From the NCBI GenBank assembly GCA_044892525.1, contig CM097885.1:236966001-237030000 (forward strand): a stretch of 64,000 nt of DNA, written 5' to 3'. The notes beneath the pieces were generated by a model, which was given only the letters and a program-made list of their open reading frames with translations, searched no databases and was not told where the DNA came from. A program made the position numbers and the translations under genes. The stretch's first letter is position 1. Each line of letters starts with the position of its first letter. The DNA is from Schmidtea polychroa. Its lineage: Eukaryota. Shown piece by piece: positions 12,587-26,900 of the stretch.

Positions 12587-15333
12587 TTAATCGCTTAATA
12601 AAACATCGTCGATATCGACGTCATTATCAATATTTACATCAATATTTACATCAAAATCAATATTGTCATCAGAATCACAAAAGCTCGGGCTCATTCCGCC
12701 AAAAAGAGGACCAACTTCAAATGTATTGTTCTGTGATTCGGTCCAATCATCATCATCGAAATCCGGACTCATTCCGTCAAAAAGTGGCCTAACTTCAGAT
12801 ACCTGGTCAACATCTGGAACATCGACTCCTAAATAATGACCATATGCGAGACTGGAATTTTTCCCCACCCATAACCGCTTGTCGTCGTTGTTTGATAACG
12901 CGATTTTATTGTTCTTAAAAGTATATAATTGGTGGTTCCGCGTCCCTATTCTAGTTTGTGGCACAGAAAATAATACGCTGTTGTTGTAGCATTCGAAATA
13001 TGAAGGATGACCAATTTCTGTACCTATCAATTTGACTCCCTTTGCTTTTAAATGATCTTTAGTCCCTAACAAACTATAGCACTTGGGTCTTAAGAAAACC
13101 CATTTCTTATACCCTAAACCAGGGATATTCAACTGGCGGCCCGCGGGCCTGATCAGGCCCGCCGAAATTTGAAAAAGGCTCTTTCAATATCTTGGAATAT
13201 TACACATATATAAAAATATTTGGTGATATCTGCATAAAAACGCACACTAAAACCAGTTTATTTTTGTTACTTTGTAATTCGCTACAAAACTAACTACTTT
13301 TTAATTGATACGGCCCTCGATTGCCGTTATAAGAAAAATTTGGCCCTTCATAATATTTAGTTGAATACCCATGCCCTAAACCTTTACTTTCATCTTTAAA
13401 CTTCCTTATCACAGAATCAAGGTTTCTAGAGTATAAGGGATGTGCTGGGTCATAGTTGCTAGTATCTAAAAGATTGTCACGAATCATTGCCGGCAAAAGA
13501 GTGTCAAGCTTACAGTGCCTAACCTCAAGAAAAAAGGAGTCGGTGTCGCCGGCAACGGTATTTATATCACAATTAAATTCAGACCTGTACTTGGCTAATT
13601 CCACATATTGTAGTTGATACATTCTTAGTTTAGACAGGACTAGCACTGATTGTCCGATGTAACTAGGCCTGTCTAAACATATTGAATCTTTATTTAGATG
13701 GGCGGCTATCAAGTCATCATCAATTTTGATTGATTTCTTGAAAGTTGGCTTTGAAGCATATACAATCATCTTTTCAGCTGAATTGCATGGCCTCAAATTC
13801 ATCCGCTTTTTTAGATTCTCCACCGATTTACCATACAAACTATTATTAAATAATTTGTATAGATCCCTATATAATTCACATGTAGAATTTGCTCTCAAAT
13901 TAGTGTTTTTATCTATGTTTGATTTAAAAATGGGTGCATGCGAAAACTTAATAGCTCTATGTACTTTATTAATACTAGCCCCCAATTCTATATACATCTT
14001 AAGAAGCCTCCAATGAAGAACATGGTTCTTCTTTGGCCAATGCGTGAGCATCAGCTTCTCAACTTTAGAATTTGGCGGGCACATCTTTTCAGGAGCAATC
14101 GGAAAATCATTCAGAAACTCATGCAAACAATCAGGTATATCAATATCAACCTCCATATTATAGCCATATGGAAGATTATCGATATCAGCATTCATAAATT
14201 CATTCAAGACATCATCCAGATTGTCATACACCCATTCAAAGTCAGCATAAGGAATATTTTGGCTTAAGGCCCATTTATACAAGTTGTTAATATCTATGTA
14301 CAAGAGTTCTGTGTCTTCAGAACTAGCAACATAATGTTTGTTAACAAATGTTAACCCACCTCGTATCCCTCCTTCATAGAAATTAAACATTTCCATGTCC
14401 TGCAAAAGTTCAATGGGTTCCGTTAATGTCATAAGCGCAGAGGCCCATGAAATACCAGGAATGCCAAAGAAATTAAGAGGCTCAAGACCATTGTAAGCAA
14501 TGGCCTTTGCACGGAATTGTTGAAAATAGTCTGCGAGGAGAAATACATCTAATTTAAGGTAAGTTAACATGTAATCTAACATGTTGTTGCAATTTTGTTG
14601 AGTCCAAATAACTTGGGCTAATGCATACTCATCATTAGACACTGAATCCCAGATCGGAGGTAGTTCAAGAGTCGATTCCAGAACCTCAAGAGATGTGGCG
14701 AAGTCATAAGGAAATATACCTTTGGCTCGAACAATTGCGCCATCAAAAACCGAAGAAGTTAAAGGCAGATTGGAAAGAGTCTTAACCGCTTTTGCTAAAG
14801 ATGAATTAACAAACTGCATGCTGTCAATAAAACGAACAGGCAATTTGTTAATATACGCGATGAGAGAGATGAATTTTTCGGTAGTGGTCGGAATAATATT
14901 TAATTCCCAAGAAGGAAAATTTTTCAAACCATACTTCAAAATATGATGGAGATCATACCCCCTCAAATTATGAAACACAACCGGTAACTGTCTCTGAATT
15001 CGCCGAGAAACATTACATTTCCTACAAGCAGCACCAAGATACTTGCCTGAGAAGTGGCAATGGTCCCTAACTCTATCTCTAATGATTTTTTTAAAAAGGT
15101 AGCAGGTCCTGGAATCTCTATATGCCCGCTCTTCAATGAAAGACAAAGTTTGCATGGGCTTTTTCCCATTAATTTAATAATATGGCAGGACAATTGTGAC
15201 AGCAATTTCCTCCACCTTACGAAGGAAAGACAACACACAATACTCACCAACAAACTCATAATAAAATCTTGTATTATTATAATTACTAATTAATAACATG
15301 CCTGCTGTTATTGGCAAGTGTATTTGGTGATGG
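12587..15333 (-). pseudogene. Protein-primed family B DNA polymerase (Polinton pPolB), inactivated
   Basis: Motifs DHCH...GAACRKCN, FHNLRGYD, DINNLY, KLFNNSLYGK, GDTDSF, RPKCY, KAKG. In-frame TAA at 15176-15174. MITE insertion at 13120-13373. The 5' part is lost in the gap. Confidence 0.95.
13120..13373. mobile_element. hAT-type MITE (254 bp) inserted in pPolB
   Basis: 15-bp TIRs CAGGGATATTCAACT / AGTTGAATACCCATG (13/15 match); 8-bp TSD CCCTAAAC at 13112-13119 and 13374-13381. Confidence 0.93.
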
Positions 15334-15573
15334 NNNNNNNNNNNNNNNNNNNNNNNNNNNNNNNNNNNNNNNNNNNNNNNNNNNNNNNNNNNNNNNNNNN
15401 NNNNNNNNNNNNNNNNNNNNNNNNNNNNNNNNNNNNNNNNNNNNNNNNNNNNNNNNNNNNNNNNNNNNNNNNNNNNNNNNNNNNNNNNNNNNNNNNNNNN
15501 NNNNNNNNNNNNNNNNNNNNNNNNNNNNNNNNNNNNNNNNNNNNNNNNNNNNNNNNNNNNNNNNNNNNNNNNN
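15334..15573. other. Assembly gap (N run)
   Basis: Run of N; sequence on the two sides is unrelated. Confidence 1.
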
Positions 15574-15599
15574 GATGTAACTACTTGGGTATCACAATA

Positions 15600-16670
15600 T
15601 TGTTGCACTAGCTGTTCTTCAAGACTAAGAAATTGGTTAAATATCTTATACCATTTGGTATTTCTATAATGTGGCCTTGATTCGTTAATCTTTCTTTTAC
15701 TTTCCCTTTCACTAGAAATATATCATATTCAATTTTTCAATCCGCTTTTCGTCCAATATCATATTCAGATTCGATTCCAGTACCCAAGAAACCTGATTAC
15801 TTGCTTAAAGAATTAAATCAGCATCGGATTTAAATGATAACAGACCTCAATTGTTTTCACAACCTGAATTAGGTGGTTTGGTCTGAGAACTGAAGCTGAC
15901 TAAAGATTAGGGTGAACTTCTATCATCAAAATTAAAATAACAAGCTTGTTCCAAAAAATGTTAAAATATCATTATATTGGAAACGTTCACAAATTGTCTG
16001 TTCATATTTTTCAAAGAATTGACGGTTTATTTCAATTCTTTGAACAGGAAGATAATTCTACTGAATGGCGTCTTTTTATTGATATCCCAAAATATAGTAT
16101 CAAAGCTATATTGTTACGGGTTAGTTATCAGTTACTACCCGCTCATGTCCATATTGAGTGATTATGTGTAACCCTACAAAAATCTAAAAGATATTCTAAA
16201 TACCATACAGAATAATAAGCATCGGTGGATAATATATGCAAATCTGAAAGCCGTTTCTTTACTAAATGAACTACAAGTAAAATACACCAAGTTATGTCGT
16301 TTCCCATGCCTTTGAAATTCAAGACCAAGACATAGATACTACAAAAACGAAATATGGTCTAAATGTTATCACTTTACTGTTGGACTAAAGAATGTTGCTA
16401 ATCCTATACTTGTTTAACCGAACAAGATTATATTGCCACCTTTACATATAAAATTAGACCTCTTTAAGCAGTTTATGAAAGTTAAAAACAAAAATTGTGA
16501 TGCCATGAGATTTTTGAAGGCGAAATTTTTCAATTCCAAAAAAGTTACAGAAAGTGTTTTCATCGAACCACAATTGAGGCAGCTGCTTCTCGATCAACAC
16601 TTTGATTACACTCTCGCACCAGTACATAAACTACCACGGATGTCTTTGTGAAATTCTTGCAATGGTTTTC
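15600..16670 (+). pseudogene. Degenerate DNA-transposon transposase, probably CMC/Chapaev-3 type
   Basis: Fragments WRLFIDIPKYSIKAILL, YTKLCRFPCL*NSR and PPLHIKLDLFKQFMK...VFIEPQLRQLL, with many stops and frameshifts. Confidence 0.65.
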
Positions 16671-16974
16671 TTGATTTTAACAACTTAAACTTGCCCAAAA
16701 TGTACCCAGATATTTCTAGTCTGGTATAAAGTAAGCAGGTTAAGATCTAAAACTTATTACAATAAATCAAATATAATTAATTTTCTTTAATTTAATAAAA
16801 GTATTTACCAATAAAATTCTTTGTAATACAATACTGTAACATTTCATTTTATATTTCAGAAATATTTACCTACCGGTGCGATATAGAGTCTGTAATGTAT
16901 AGTTATATTCTTTTTATTTTTAAACAAAGTTACGTGACGCCTTGCCATTTCGTTTGGCGTATGTCGCGTACCAA

Positions 16975-17190
16975 AAGATAAAGAAACAATTTGCCATTAA
17001 TAAAGAAACGAATTGTCATTAATAAAGAAACAATTTGACATTAATAAAGAAACGAATTGTCATTAATAAAGAAACGAATTGTCATTAATAAAGAGACAAT
17101 TTGGTATTAGTAAAGGAACAATTTGCCATTGATAGAGAAACGACTTACCTTTAGTAAAGAAATATTCCACCATTATTAAAGAAACAATAA
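16975..17190 (+). repeat. ~21-22-bp tandem repeat (AATAAAGAAACGAATTGTCATT), possibly within a solo LTR
   Basis: About 9 decaying copies; the surrounding block ends ...GGGTACTACA at ~17467. Confidence 0.75.
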
Positions 17191-19079
17191 AGTATTTTAA
17201 AAGAACAATAAAGCATTAGAAAAGAAAATTATCTAAAGAATTATCTAGAGAAATTATGTAAAGGAACTCAAACGCAAATTGTCTAAAGAACACTATCTAA
17301 AATTCTCTAACTGGGCGTTTAAAGGTTTTTTTATTTTATTATATAAATAAAAGTTTGTAATTTATAATTGTTTCAGTTTATTTTATCTATATTGTTATAA
17401 CCCTACATACATTCACCCCAGCTATCCCGAGACAGTGAACTTACGGGTGACTCGGCTGGGTACTACAATATTTCTTATTGCACTCATGCTAACAAACATA
17501 AATACAAACATAATACATATAATATAATGAAATTATAATACACACGAATATACTATAGAAACTATAGCCCTTAATAAGTCTATTACTTACCGGCACAACA
17601 TCATCGAATGGTTGGAACCTCTGATCTATAATATAAAGGTAAAGATACATGTGCTGGCCTATTTTTAATAAATCCTCTAAAACGGTGAAAAATAGCGACA
17701 TAACATTTTCGCATGTCACTCTGACTGCTATTTCTAGGTAAACTATGTTATTTTCAACTTCCATTTTTTATTCATGCAAAGTCACATACTTGTATTTGAC
17801 AGATGAGTTATTCTCTCATGGACAGCTATATTTGGGAATGTCAAGGACAAAAGATCCTTCAACATTCTTTATCATCACTGATGATCAACAGGAGACTCAA
17901 AAACATTGCATATAGCCAAATATTGAAATAGATTTGTAATAACAGAATAAATAAAATTAATTATAATGAATAAATAATTAGTTTGAATCTATCCCATATG
18001 AAGTCGGTTAAAAACCAAGTTTTGCTTCAGGCGTACAACAAATGAGGCCGTTGATATAAAGGGAACTGCTTCTTCCAGGTAAAATAGCAAATATGTTGCA
18101 CATTTTGAATGAGTTAATCAATCTTAAATTATAGTTTACTTATCGCTATTATTATTTGATATTTGAAGATTTCTTTGAAGTTTGTTTAAGAAATAGTATA
18201 AGTTGACTAGTCGCTAACTCCTGGTGTCATTTATTAAGTTGAGTAAGTGACCAAATCACACAATGTATATTGTCATGGATTATCAAGGCTTTTGATGCCT
18301 ATTGTGTATCTTCAAATTGTTGTGAATAGTTGAACTAGAGAAATAGAAATCCCGTTCACAAGGTCATGCAGTTGTGATCAGGATAACTTATTAATGAGAG
18401 AAATGAATTTAAGAAAATGTGATGTCCTTTTAATATTTTTTTCGACTTTAAACCAATCAATTATATTTACTTACGAGTTTATTTTTGTTTTTCATTCACA
18501 GAACATAAAGATTAGTCTAATTACGTAGATTAGTTTTATTTTATTAATTGAGAAAATCCTGGACAAGTTCCAAACTGACCTCAACCACGATGTAAAGAAG
18601 ACAAACATTTACTAGTGCGCTCTAAGCAACTTCAACTGCGCTGCCGAGAATTAAAGTTCAGTTGGTTTAGGCCGAGGGCCATAAAGCGCCAGAAGATGCT
18701 GATAAGCCGGCTACGGGAGCAGTCCGCCGCGACCAGATTGAAATACCCCCATTGAAACAAAGGATCTGCCAGTCAGATACTGAAAGGTTGCAATAAGAAT
18801 CCGACGAAATAATGGCTCGATGTGTACTCACTGAGTTGCACTTATAGTTGTTCATTGCTGAATGGACTAAGCGATGGGTCCTGGAGACTTTGACTGTAGC
18901 ACCAAAGTCGGTGAATAAGAGATCCAAACCTGGTCGACTGGAAGGAGTAAATCACCGAATCCGCAAAGAACCTTAAATTACAGGACATGCATATTAAGTC
19001 GCCGAGCTAATGGAAGAAGATGAGGAGCCTGGTAATTCTACAAGGACGACTTTCTGAAATATTAAATGTTGTGAAAAGT

Positions 19080-20610
19080 AAAAAAAACATTACAGTTCAT
19101 ACCGAATATGTGTGATTTCTCATGTTTAAATAACTAAATAAATAGGGAACAATTGGTTAAATCTGGCATGTGTCTTTCATCGACAGTTGTGAACCCAGAA
19201 AAATGTTCGGCAATTATTGTTTGAATGAGTGCACTTATTTTTTTCGAATATTCGTCCATTTTATAATGTACCAACGTTGAATACTAATCGATTATTAAGT
19301 GGTCAAACACTTTTTGGATAAAAAAAGCAAAAATCCCTTAACGTCTTTAACTGTACTGGACAAGGATATAATAATGCAGTCGACATGATAGGCAAATATA
19401 ATTGAGCACAAGAAGTTCTTTTAAAAGATAATAAAAACTGTACATTTTCAGTTTGTAGAAACCATACTTTGAATTTAGTCAGTGTGAATTGAGCAAAATC
19501 TTGCCAAAAAGAGCAAAAGCCTTTTAGAAACTGTTCAGTAAATTTATAATTTATTCAGTTGAAGTGCAAAATGATGGAAATTAAAAGAAATATTTTGCAA
19601 GATTTTTTTACCCTAAACAAAATATTCAGAAGACTAGGTGGTGTAAACCAGCTGCCTTACATTTGAAGGCATCGATATCTACTTTGAACGAAACTGATTC
19701 AAGAACTCTTTCTGTTAATGTGCAAACAAAGATTTTGGTTTTTATAAAAAAAAAATTTATTTGAATTCATTTTTGTAAAACTTTTGTTGAAAATTTTAGT
19801 GATTCTACACTAAACCAATTTTGCCATTGAGTCTCGTAAAGCAACATTGTATATAAAAATATAACATTTAGGAATTCAAAGACATTAAAAAATTTTAGTC
19901 GTCAAATTATACTTGAGCCAACAAAAATTGAAATTACTACAGAATTTGATATAAATCGTCCATTTGAGTATAAAAAGCTGCTGAAGTATATTATCATCTT
20001 AATGATTTTAATAAAATTATAATCACTCAATTTCTTTAACCGTTTGCGGACGAAATTAATTTATTATTTTTTAGCATACGAATGCTTGATATCGTGGTAT
20101 GATTTTTATAAAGTTTGGCCAGCACAACTGGTTAATACATTGTTAATACATTGTTATACATTGTTAAACATCTGTAACAAAATTCATGACCAAAATTTGC
20201 TGGCCTACCGTCCACAAACGGTTAAAATGTCATTTTTTTGAAGTTTCATTACTGAAAAAATGTTTAAAAAAATGAAATAAGTGATAAAATTGTAGAATAA
20301 CTAATACACTTAAAGTTTATTGACAATTCACTTTTTAAACTAAGCACTAAACCGACTAAATTGCTTAAAGATAGGATTAAAAAGGGGTTTTTAATGTACT
20401 ACCATATCCAACCATTGCACTGTTTTTTAACTATTCAGTGAATGTAGTTGAAACTGACAGATTTAGTATTTAAAAAGAATTAAAAACTTTTGAATATCAG
20501 GTATCTATAAAAACCACTAAATGACTAGCGACCCTAAACATCAATTATGAGATAGCAAAAACTATAGTTTATTCTGAAATAGCTAAATAATTTTTGCGCG
20601 CATCGACATA
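19080..20610 (+). pseudogene. Highly decayed hAT (ZMYM1/Tip100-like) transposase
   Basis: Scattered motifs CTGQGYNNAVDMIGKYN, CRNHTLNLV, TRW and an eroded ERSFS.LKRIK region near 20440-20490. Confidence 0.6.
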
Positions 20611-20938
20611 AAGTGTTCTTTACATTTTCATTAATTTAAATTAATTAGTATTGGCATTACCATTGAGTTTCGTAATTTTTATACAATATTTTTAACAAAT
20701 TATTTTTAAATCAATAACTTTTTAAATAAATTTAATAAAGCAGCCCATTTTATTATTAATGTATAAACTCTTCATTAACGTTCAAAATCATATAATAGAA
20801 TTTGTACTTACAAGTAAATTAAATATTACTCTTATAAAGACGAAATTATTTATTTTGTTTAAAAACTCATCATTTTAAAATACAAGAAGTTTAAAATTTT
20901 ACTTTTCTAAATTATCAGAATAACTTATCAGAATAATT

Positions 20939-23900
20939 ATGATGCATAGTAAACCAAGTGAGTTTCTTTTGAAATATTTTCACATAACTCCATTATATTT
21001 CCATGAACATAAATATTTTTTATAATTTAATAGTTCAATTAAATTGATAAAAAATTAATTAAATTGTGTTAACATGACAATTTATCTAATTTAAATATTT
21101 TTATTTTCAGAGGAAAGTAATCTAGATCATATAGTAAGAAGAGATGATGATCTAATGCAGCATTTAGAACTTAAGAAAAGAGTTAGATTTTAAACTATTT
21201 AACAAATTAATTATTTTTTAGGCCAGAACAATAGCAGTTTCAACAGAAGATTCTGAAGTAAGAATGCAGTTGAGAGAGCTAGGAGAACCAATATGTAAAT
21301 TATTTATAATTTATTGAATGTCATAGGCTTAATAATTTTAAAGGCTGTTTTGGAGAAGACGCTGCAGATCGTCGTGAAAGATTGAGACAAAAGCTTGCAA
21401 TAACAGATGCCAATTTACCAAAACGTCATAGAATAGAACAAGAAAAAGTTAAAGAAAACGATGATGTAACTTAAATCAAATTATGTAAACTTCATTTTAC
21501 GAATTTTTTATATTTAGGATAATGTATGTTGGTATCATAAAGGTTCAGATGAATTGAAAGAAGCTCGTGAATGGATACTTCGATATTCGTTAATAAAATC
21601 CAAGCATCGATCAGAAAATGCTAAGCAATATTATTCTTCATTGACAGAAACACAGAGAAAAGCAAAAGCTCAAGAATATCAAAAGAAAATTAGGGTTATT
21701 ATTTATATAATTGTTTAGATTAATTTATAATTTCTTTAAAGGTACATTAAATGCTTTGATAATGAGTGTATTATAATGGGGGACTGATGCTGTTTGAATG
21801 TAAATCGCGCGGAGGGATTTATGGTATTTGAGTGGGGATTAGGGGGGACTTATGGTGTTTGAGTGGGAATTAGGGGGGACTTATGGTGTTTGAATGGGAA
21901 TTATGGGGACTGATGCTGTTTGAATGGGAATTAGAGGAGACTTATGGTGTTTGAGTGGGAATTAGGGGGACTTATGGTGTTTGAATGGGAATTAAGGGGA
22001 CTGATGCTGTTTGAATGGGAATTAGAGGAGACTTATGGTGTTTGAATGGGAATTAGGGGGACTTATGGTGTTTGAATGGGAATTATGGGGACTGATGCTG
22101 TTTGAATGGGAATTAGAGGAGACTTATGGTGTTTGAATGGGAATTAGGGGGACTTATGGTGTTTGAATGGGAATTATGGGGACTGATGCTGTTTGAATGG
22201 GAATTAGAGGAGACTTATGGTGTTTGAATGGGAATTAGGGGGACTTATGGTGTTTGAATGGGAATTAAGGGGACTGATGCTGTTTGAATGGGAATTAGAG
22301 GAGACTTATGGTGTTTGAATGGGAATTAGGGGGACTTATGGTGTTTGAATGGGAATTATGGGGACTGATGCTGTTTGAATGGGAATTAGAGGAGACTTAT
22401 GGTGTTTGAATGGGAATTAGGGGGACTTATGGTGTTTGAATGGGAATTAGGGGGACTTATGGTGTTTGAATGGGAATTAGGGGGACTGATGCTGTTTGAA
22501 TGGGAATTAGAGTGTCTCATGGTGTTTGAATGGGAATTAGAAGGTATCATGGTGTTTGAATGGAATTAGAAGGTCACATGGTGTTTGAATGGGAATTAGG
22601 GGGACTCATGTTGTGTGAATGGGAAATAATTATGTTAAATTTTGATGGCCTGTTACATTTAATGATTCTACGCGCTCCATATAATTCATAATACATATCT
22701 GCTAACTTAATGGGGGACAGCTGTGATATCATTCTATAGGATTGGTTGCCGTTGCTTATATTGGGCCAAGAATAATAACTATCTAATGGACCTCCATCAT
22801 TTGGCAATTGACCTTTGTTTTCTGCATTTTATAACCCTCCTTCATGAGTTAACAAGAAATAATCCTTTCGACTTTGTACTCATTTGATAACCACCTTCTT
22901 TATTCCTAGTTTGATAACCGCTCATTGATTCTTCATTCGATAACTCTTCGTCCTTTTCTGCATCTTATAACCCACATTCATCAGCCATTAATCGATAAAA
23001 GTTTTACCGTGCATTCTTTCGATAATCAATCATTTTGCCTTTATTTGACAACTCACTCTTCTTTCCTGGATTATATAAGCCTCCATAGGATGCCGATAAT
23101 CGATATACATCTCTATTTTCTCCTTATTCGACAACCATTTCATTTCGTCTTCATTTGACAATGCTACCCCACTACCAAGCTGTTTTCTTCATTTGCAATT
23201 TCTTACTTTCATATTCTAAAAAAAAACTTTTCCATTTTTTCTCCATTCTCCAACTCAACATTATGCGTCATTATGTGATAAATCTTTCCACTGTTTTCTC
23301 TCCCGACACAATTATAAATGGAAACAAATTCTGACCATTTATAAAAACTAATTTTTCTTAATAAATAATTGCTATTTTGCGCCAGAGCTACAACAATAGG
23401 TTATCGTCAAAATAACAAATATATAAAAACAATATACAATTCAATAACCGAATGTATAAATTCATAAATATATTATGTTTAAAGATTTAAATTAAATCGA
23501 TATTGATATAATAAATTATATTTGAATAATATAATATAATATATAATCAGATTAATAATAGTATATTGATAGTTTCAATTAGTCATTTTTATCGTTGAAA
23601 CATTTATGTGATTTTAGGAATAAACAGAATCAAAAAACGTAAAAATAGTTCTTTTTTGTATACTTTCCCTAAATATTTATTCAGTTATAAAACAAAATTA
23701 TAGACTTATTCATAAATATTAATTTTTGAAAAGAAACTGCAAACGTCTGTGATCTTGACCAAATTTCTTGATCACTTTATCCATTATTTTTCGCTTTTTT
23801 TACTGTAATTGATTCTCTCACGATGAACACTCATCATGCTAAGTTCAGAAAGTCTTTTTTTCACACATTATTGACCTTAGCCACGTTTTGACTCTTCTCA

Positions 23901-26900
23901 GTGTGCTAAATGATCTTTCAACCGTACAAGTTGACACTGGCAATGTTAAAGCAATAAGAAATGATTTCTTAATTGCTGGAAAAAGGTCTGTGAATTGTAA
24001 TAAATCCATCATTCCATCGCTACTTTTGAGATCAAAATCCGACTTTTTATTTGACCAAATCTCAAACCAAGTGTTTGCCTCAGTTTCAAATTTTTCAATA
24101 TGATACTCGAAAATAGAATGGTTTGGGAAATCCAATGGGGGGGGCAAGTGCCCCACCTTGCCCGCTTCCTTACGGACGCCCATGATTACAATCTATCTGA
24201 ATTTCAATTACATTTACTCAGGTGTATTATAACTACTTATATGCCTACTCTTCGTGACATATTGTAATGGAATAAAACCTAAGCTGCAAAACAAAATTTC
24301 AACAACCAAAAAGGCATTTCAATTTCTAAATCTTAGCTATATGTTAGGAAATTATATTTCAAACAAGATCTCAATAGTAGCATTAGTTTTTTCGAATAAA
24401 TAGTTACCGTTGTGATAGATGGAATGGTTTAATACTATCATCCTACTTATTCGTCTTCCACTAATAACTTCTTCGGTTTTTGCTCCTTGTATGTCAATCA
24501 TAACTTATAATACAATTATAATACAAAAATTTGCGCTAATGAATAATGTCTATTTAACTAGATTAAATCAAAAATTTCGCTACTGCAATTAAGGTGTCGA
24601 TCAAAAAATTATATATTCATTTGAATGCTCTCTAATCGATTTGTTTTTTTTAAATGCCTGTTGGTACTTTTCTAAATCGAAGGCCACAATTTATTTATTT
24701 GAAAAAATATCTTTTCTTTTTAATTATTGATCTTATACTCTCAATTTACTGTATCTTCATTTCTTTTCTAATAAACAAACACCTTAAAAATCTATACAGA
24801 AAATCCATATTAGATATAAAACATAATATTGATCTATAATAAAGAAATAAAGATTAAAAACATTTTCAATAAATCAATTATAGGTGAGATTTTGGATGTC
24901 TGAACATTTTTAATGTCTTTCGACAGCGATTTGAATATAAAATTATCTTCGCATAAATTCGGTCAATTATGATCTTACCTGAAGATGCGCAATTGCTCGG
25001 TAGTGTTTTTTCCTCCATTTGGACGATATTAGCATGCGCTGAACATTCTGGTTATTTGAACAAGCTAACTATTTCAATAAAGAATACTCTTTATACTTGT
25101 CTAAATTTGACATTCCTCAGTGATCTTTATTGTGGGTATCCTACATAGTACTTCGAAAAGGAATCATTCGATCGTTATTACTCTTATGCTTAGCAAATAA
25201 TCAGACCTGATTTCAACGAATAATCCTTCAATCCCGATTTTGTTTCTTTACTGTTTCATAAAATATTCGTTCTAGACTTCTCTTATTATATTCAACAGTT
25301 GTATTCTTGTTCATGTGTAATTGCTCATCGCAAAATGCTTTCATTTCCTTGGTCTAACAATAGAAAAGGCAAACAGCTGTCACGAACGGTATACGATTAT
25401 CGGTAAACCAATTTTCGATACGCCTATTCAACTGTGGACTTCCTTAAATCTCATAAAATATGTTGGCCAAGTTAAAAATTAATATCATGCCCTATATAAC
25501 GATGTATCTTTCTCTTGTAAAAAACTAAGTTTCCTCTTTAGTACAAGACAGAGTTAAGATATTCATTTTAATACAAATAATATTGATCAAATTATATTGA
25601 TAAATTGTATTGATAAATTATATTGATAAATTATATTGATAAATTATATTGATAAATTATGTTGATAAATTATGTTGATAAATTATATTGATAAATTATT
25701 TCAAAAATATATAAAATAATTGGCTATTGATAATAATAAATTACTGGGTTATTTATGTACGGATTTATGAGTTATTTATGAGAATTATATTCTGGCTTTG
25801 TCATAATAATAAATGTTTCCAGAATATAGAGTCAATTAGTACTGTGGCTTGTGATACTCGTTCAATTGTTCATTGCCAGTTCTCACCGAATAATAAGTAT
25901 TTAGCAACAGCGTCATGGTCGGGAGATTGCAAAATTTTCAATGTTCCAGAAATGGAGCAAAAAATCGTTTTTAAAGGTCACAAAGCAAATATGTCAGCAG
26001 TAAGGTGGAATCCACTTTCAACTATTTCAGAAACATCAATTGATCTTGCGACTTCTGATCACGAAGGTTGTGTAAAATTATGGAGTTTGTCAAGCCAAGA
26101 GCCTGTAGGATTTGTCGAAGGTCATGAACCGTATAGAGTTTCTAAGCTAGATTTTCATCCATCTGGTAGATTTCTAGCGACCACTTGTTTTGATTATTCT
26201 TGGCGCTTATGGGATCTGACTGTCGGCGAAGAAATCTTACATCAAGAAGGCCATTCTAAAGAAGTTTATGATATCAATTTTCATCCAGATGGATCTTTAA
26301 TATTAACCGGGTAATTTTATTATTTACTTTCTAAAATAACACAGGATCGTCTGCAATCGACATTTCGGTGGTGTTTTGTTTTCATTTACACCAACACTTT
26401 GAAAAGCAAATAAGCTTAAAAATGCGACAAATTTTAAAAATAAAATTAAAAAACTATTAATTCATATTAATTCATATTAAAAAACCGAAAACATATCAGC
26501 TTTTCCTTTTACCTGAAATAACAATTTGATTAATAATTCTCTCTGTGCAGTCTGATTTGGAATCTAAGTAGACTGTAAAAACACAAAATAAGTAGGTAGT
26601 CCGATGAACCACTATTAGTTATCGCGCATTTTTAAAGTTATTGATTTATATGTGCAGTTATTGATTTATAAGTTCGGTTATTGATTTTTAAATGTAGGGT
26701 ACAATTTATGACTTTGGTAAGAAGTACTCTAAAATATAATTATTGATTTTCAGGTGCAGTTATTGATTTATACGTTCGGTTATTGATTTTTAAGTACAGG
26801 GTGCAATTTATGACTTTGGTAGCAAGCACTCTAATATTTTGGACCATAAAAATATAATTATTGATTTTCAGGTGCAATGTGTAATTTTTTGTTATTCATA

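Larger units (their letters stand above)
11063..15333 (-). mobile_element. Polinton/Maverick copy 1 (terminus + pPolB), truncated by the assembly gap
   Basis: Begins AGTAGATGGATTGGA...CACATACCCC...CCCCCCCCG, similar to the terminus at 50991. Shares subterminal blocks with 51.1-52.5 kb (TGATGACCACCATCTTTTCA, TTAAAGCCCAGT, TCAAGGTCA arrays) and contains pPolB. Confidence 0.85.

Noticed and set aside
13726..15293. Plus-strand ORFs over pPolB; likewise 60123-60473, 61640-61981, 62396-62611, 168-536 and 887-1096
   Set aside because: Antisense shadows of genuine coding sequences.
15174..15611. ORFs spanning the N gap
   Set aside because: Artefacts of translating Ns; only 15333-15177 (minus strand) is real pPolB sequence.
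17489..17860. Possible reverse-transcriptase remnant (MEVENNIVYLEI)
   Set aside because: Only one weak motif and no supporting YxDD region.
21775..22630. CRISPR-like array of ~30-bp repeats
   Set aside because: Units are head-to-tail with no unique spacers, there are no cas genes, and the array lies in a eukaryotic intron.
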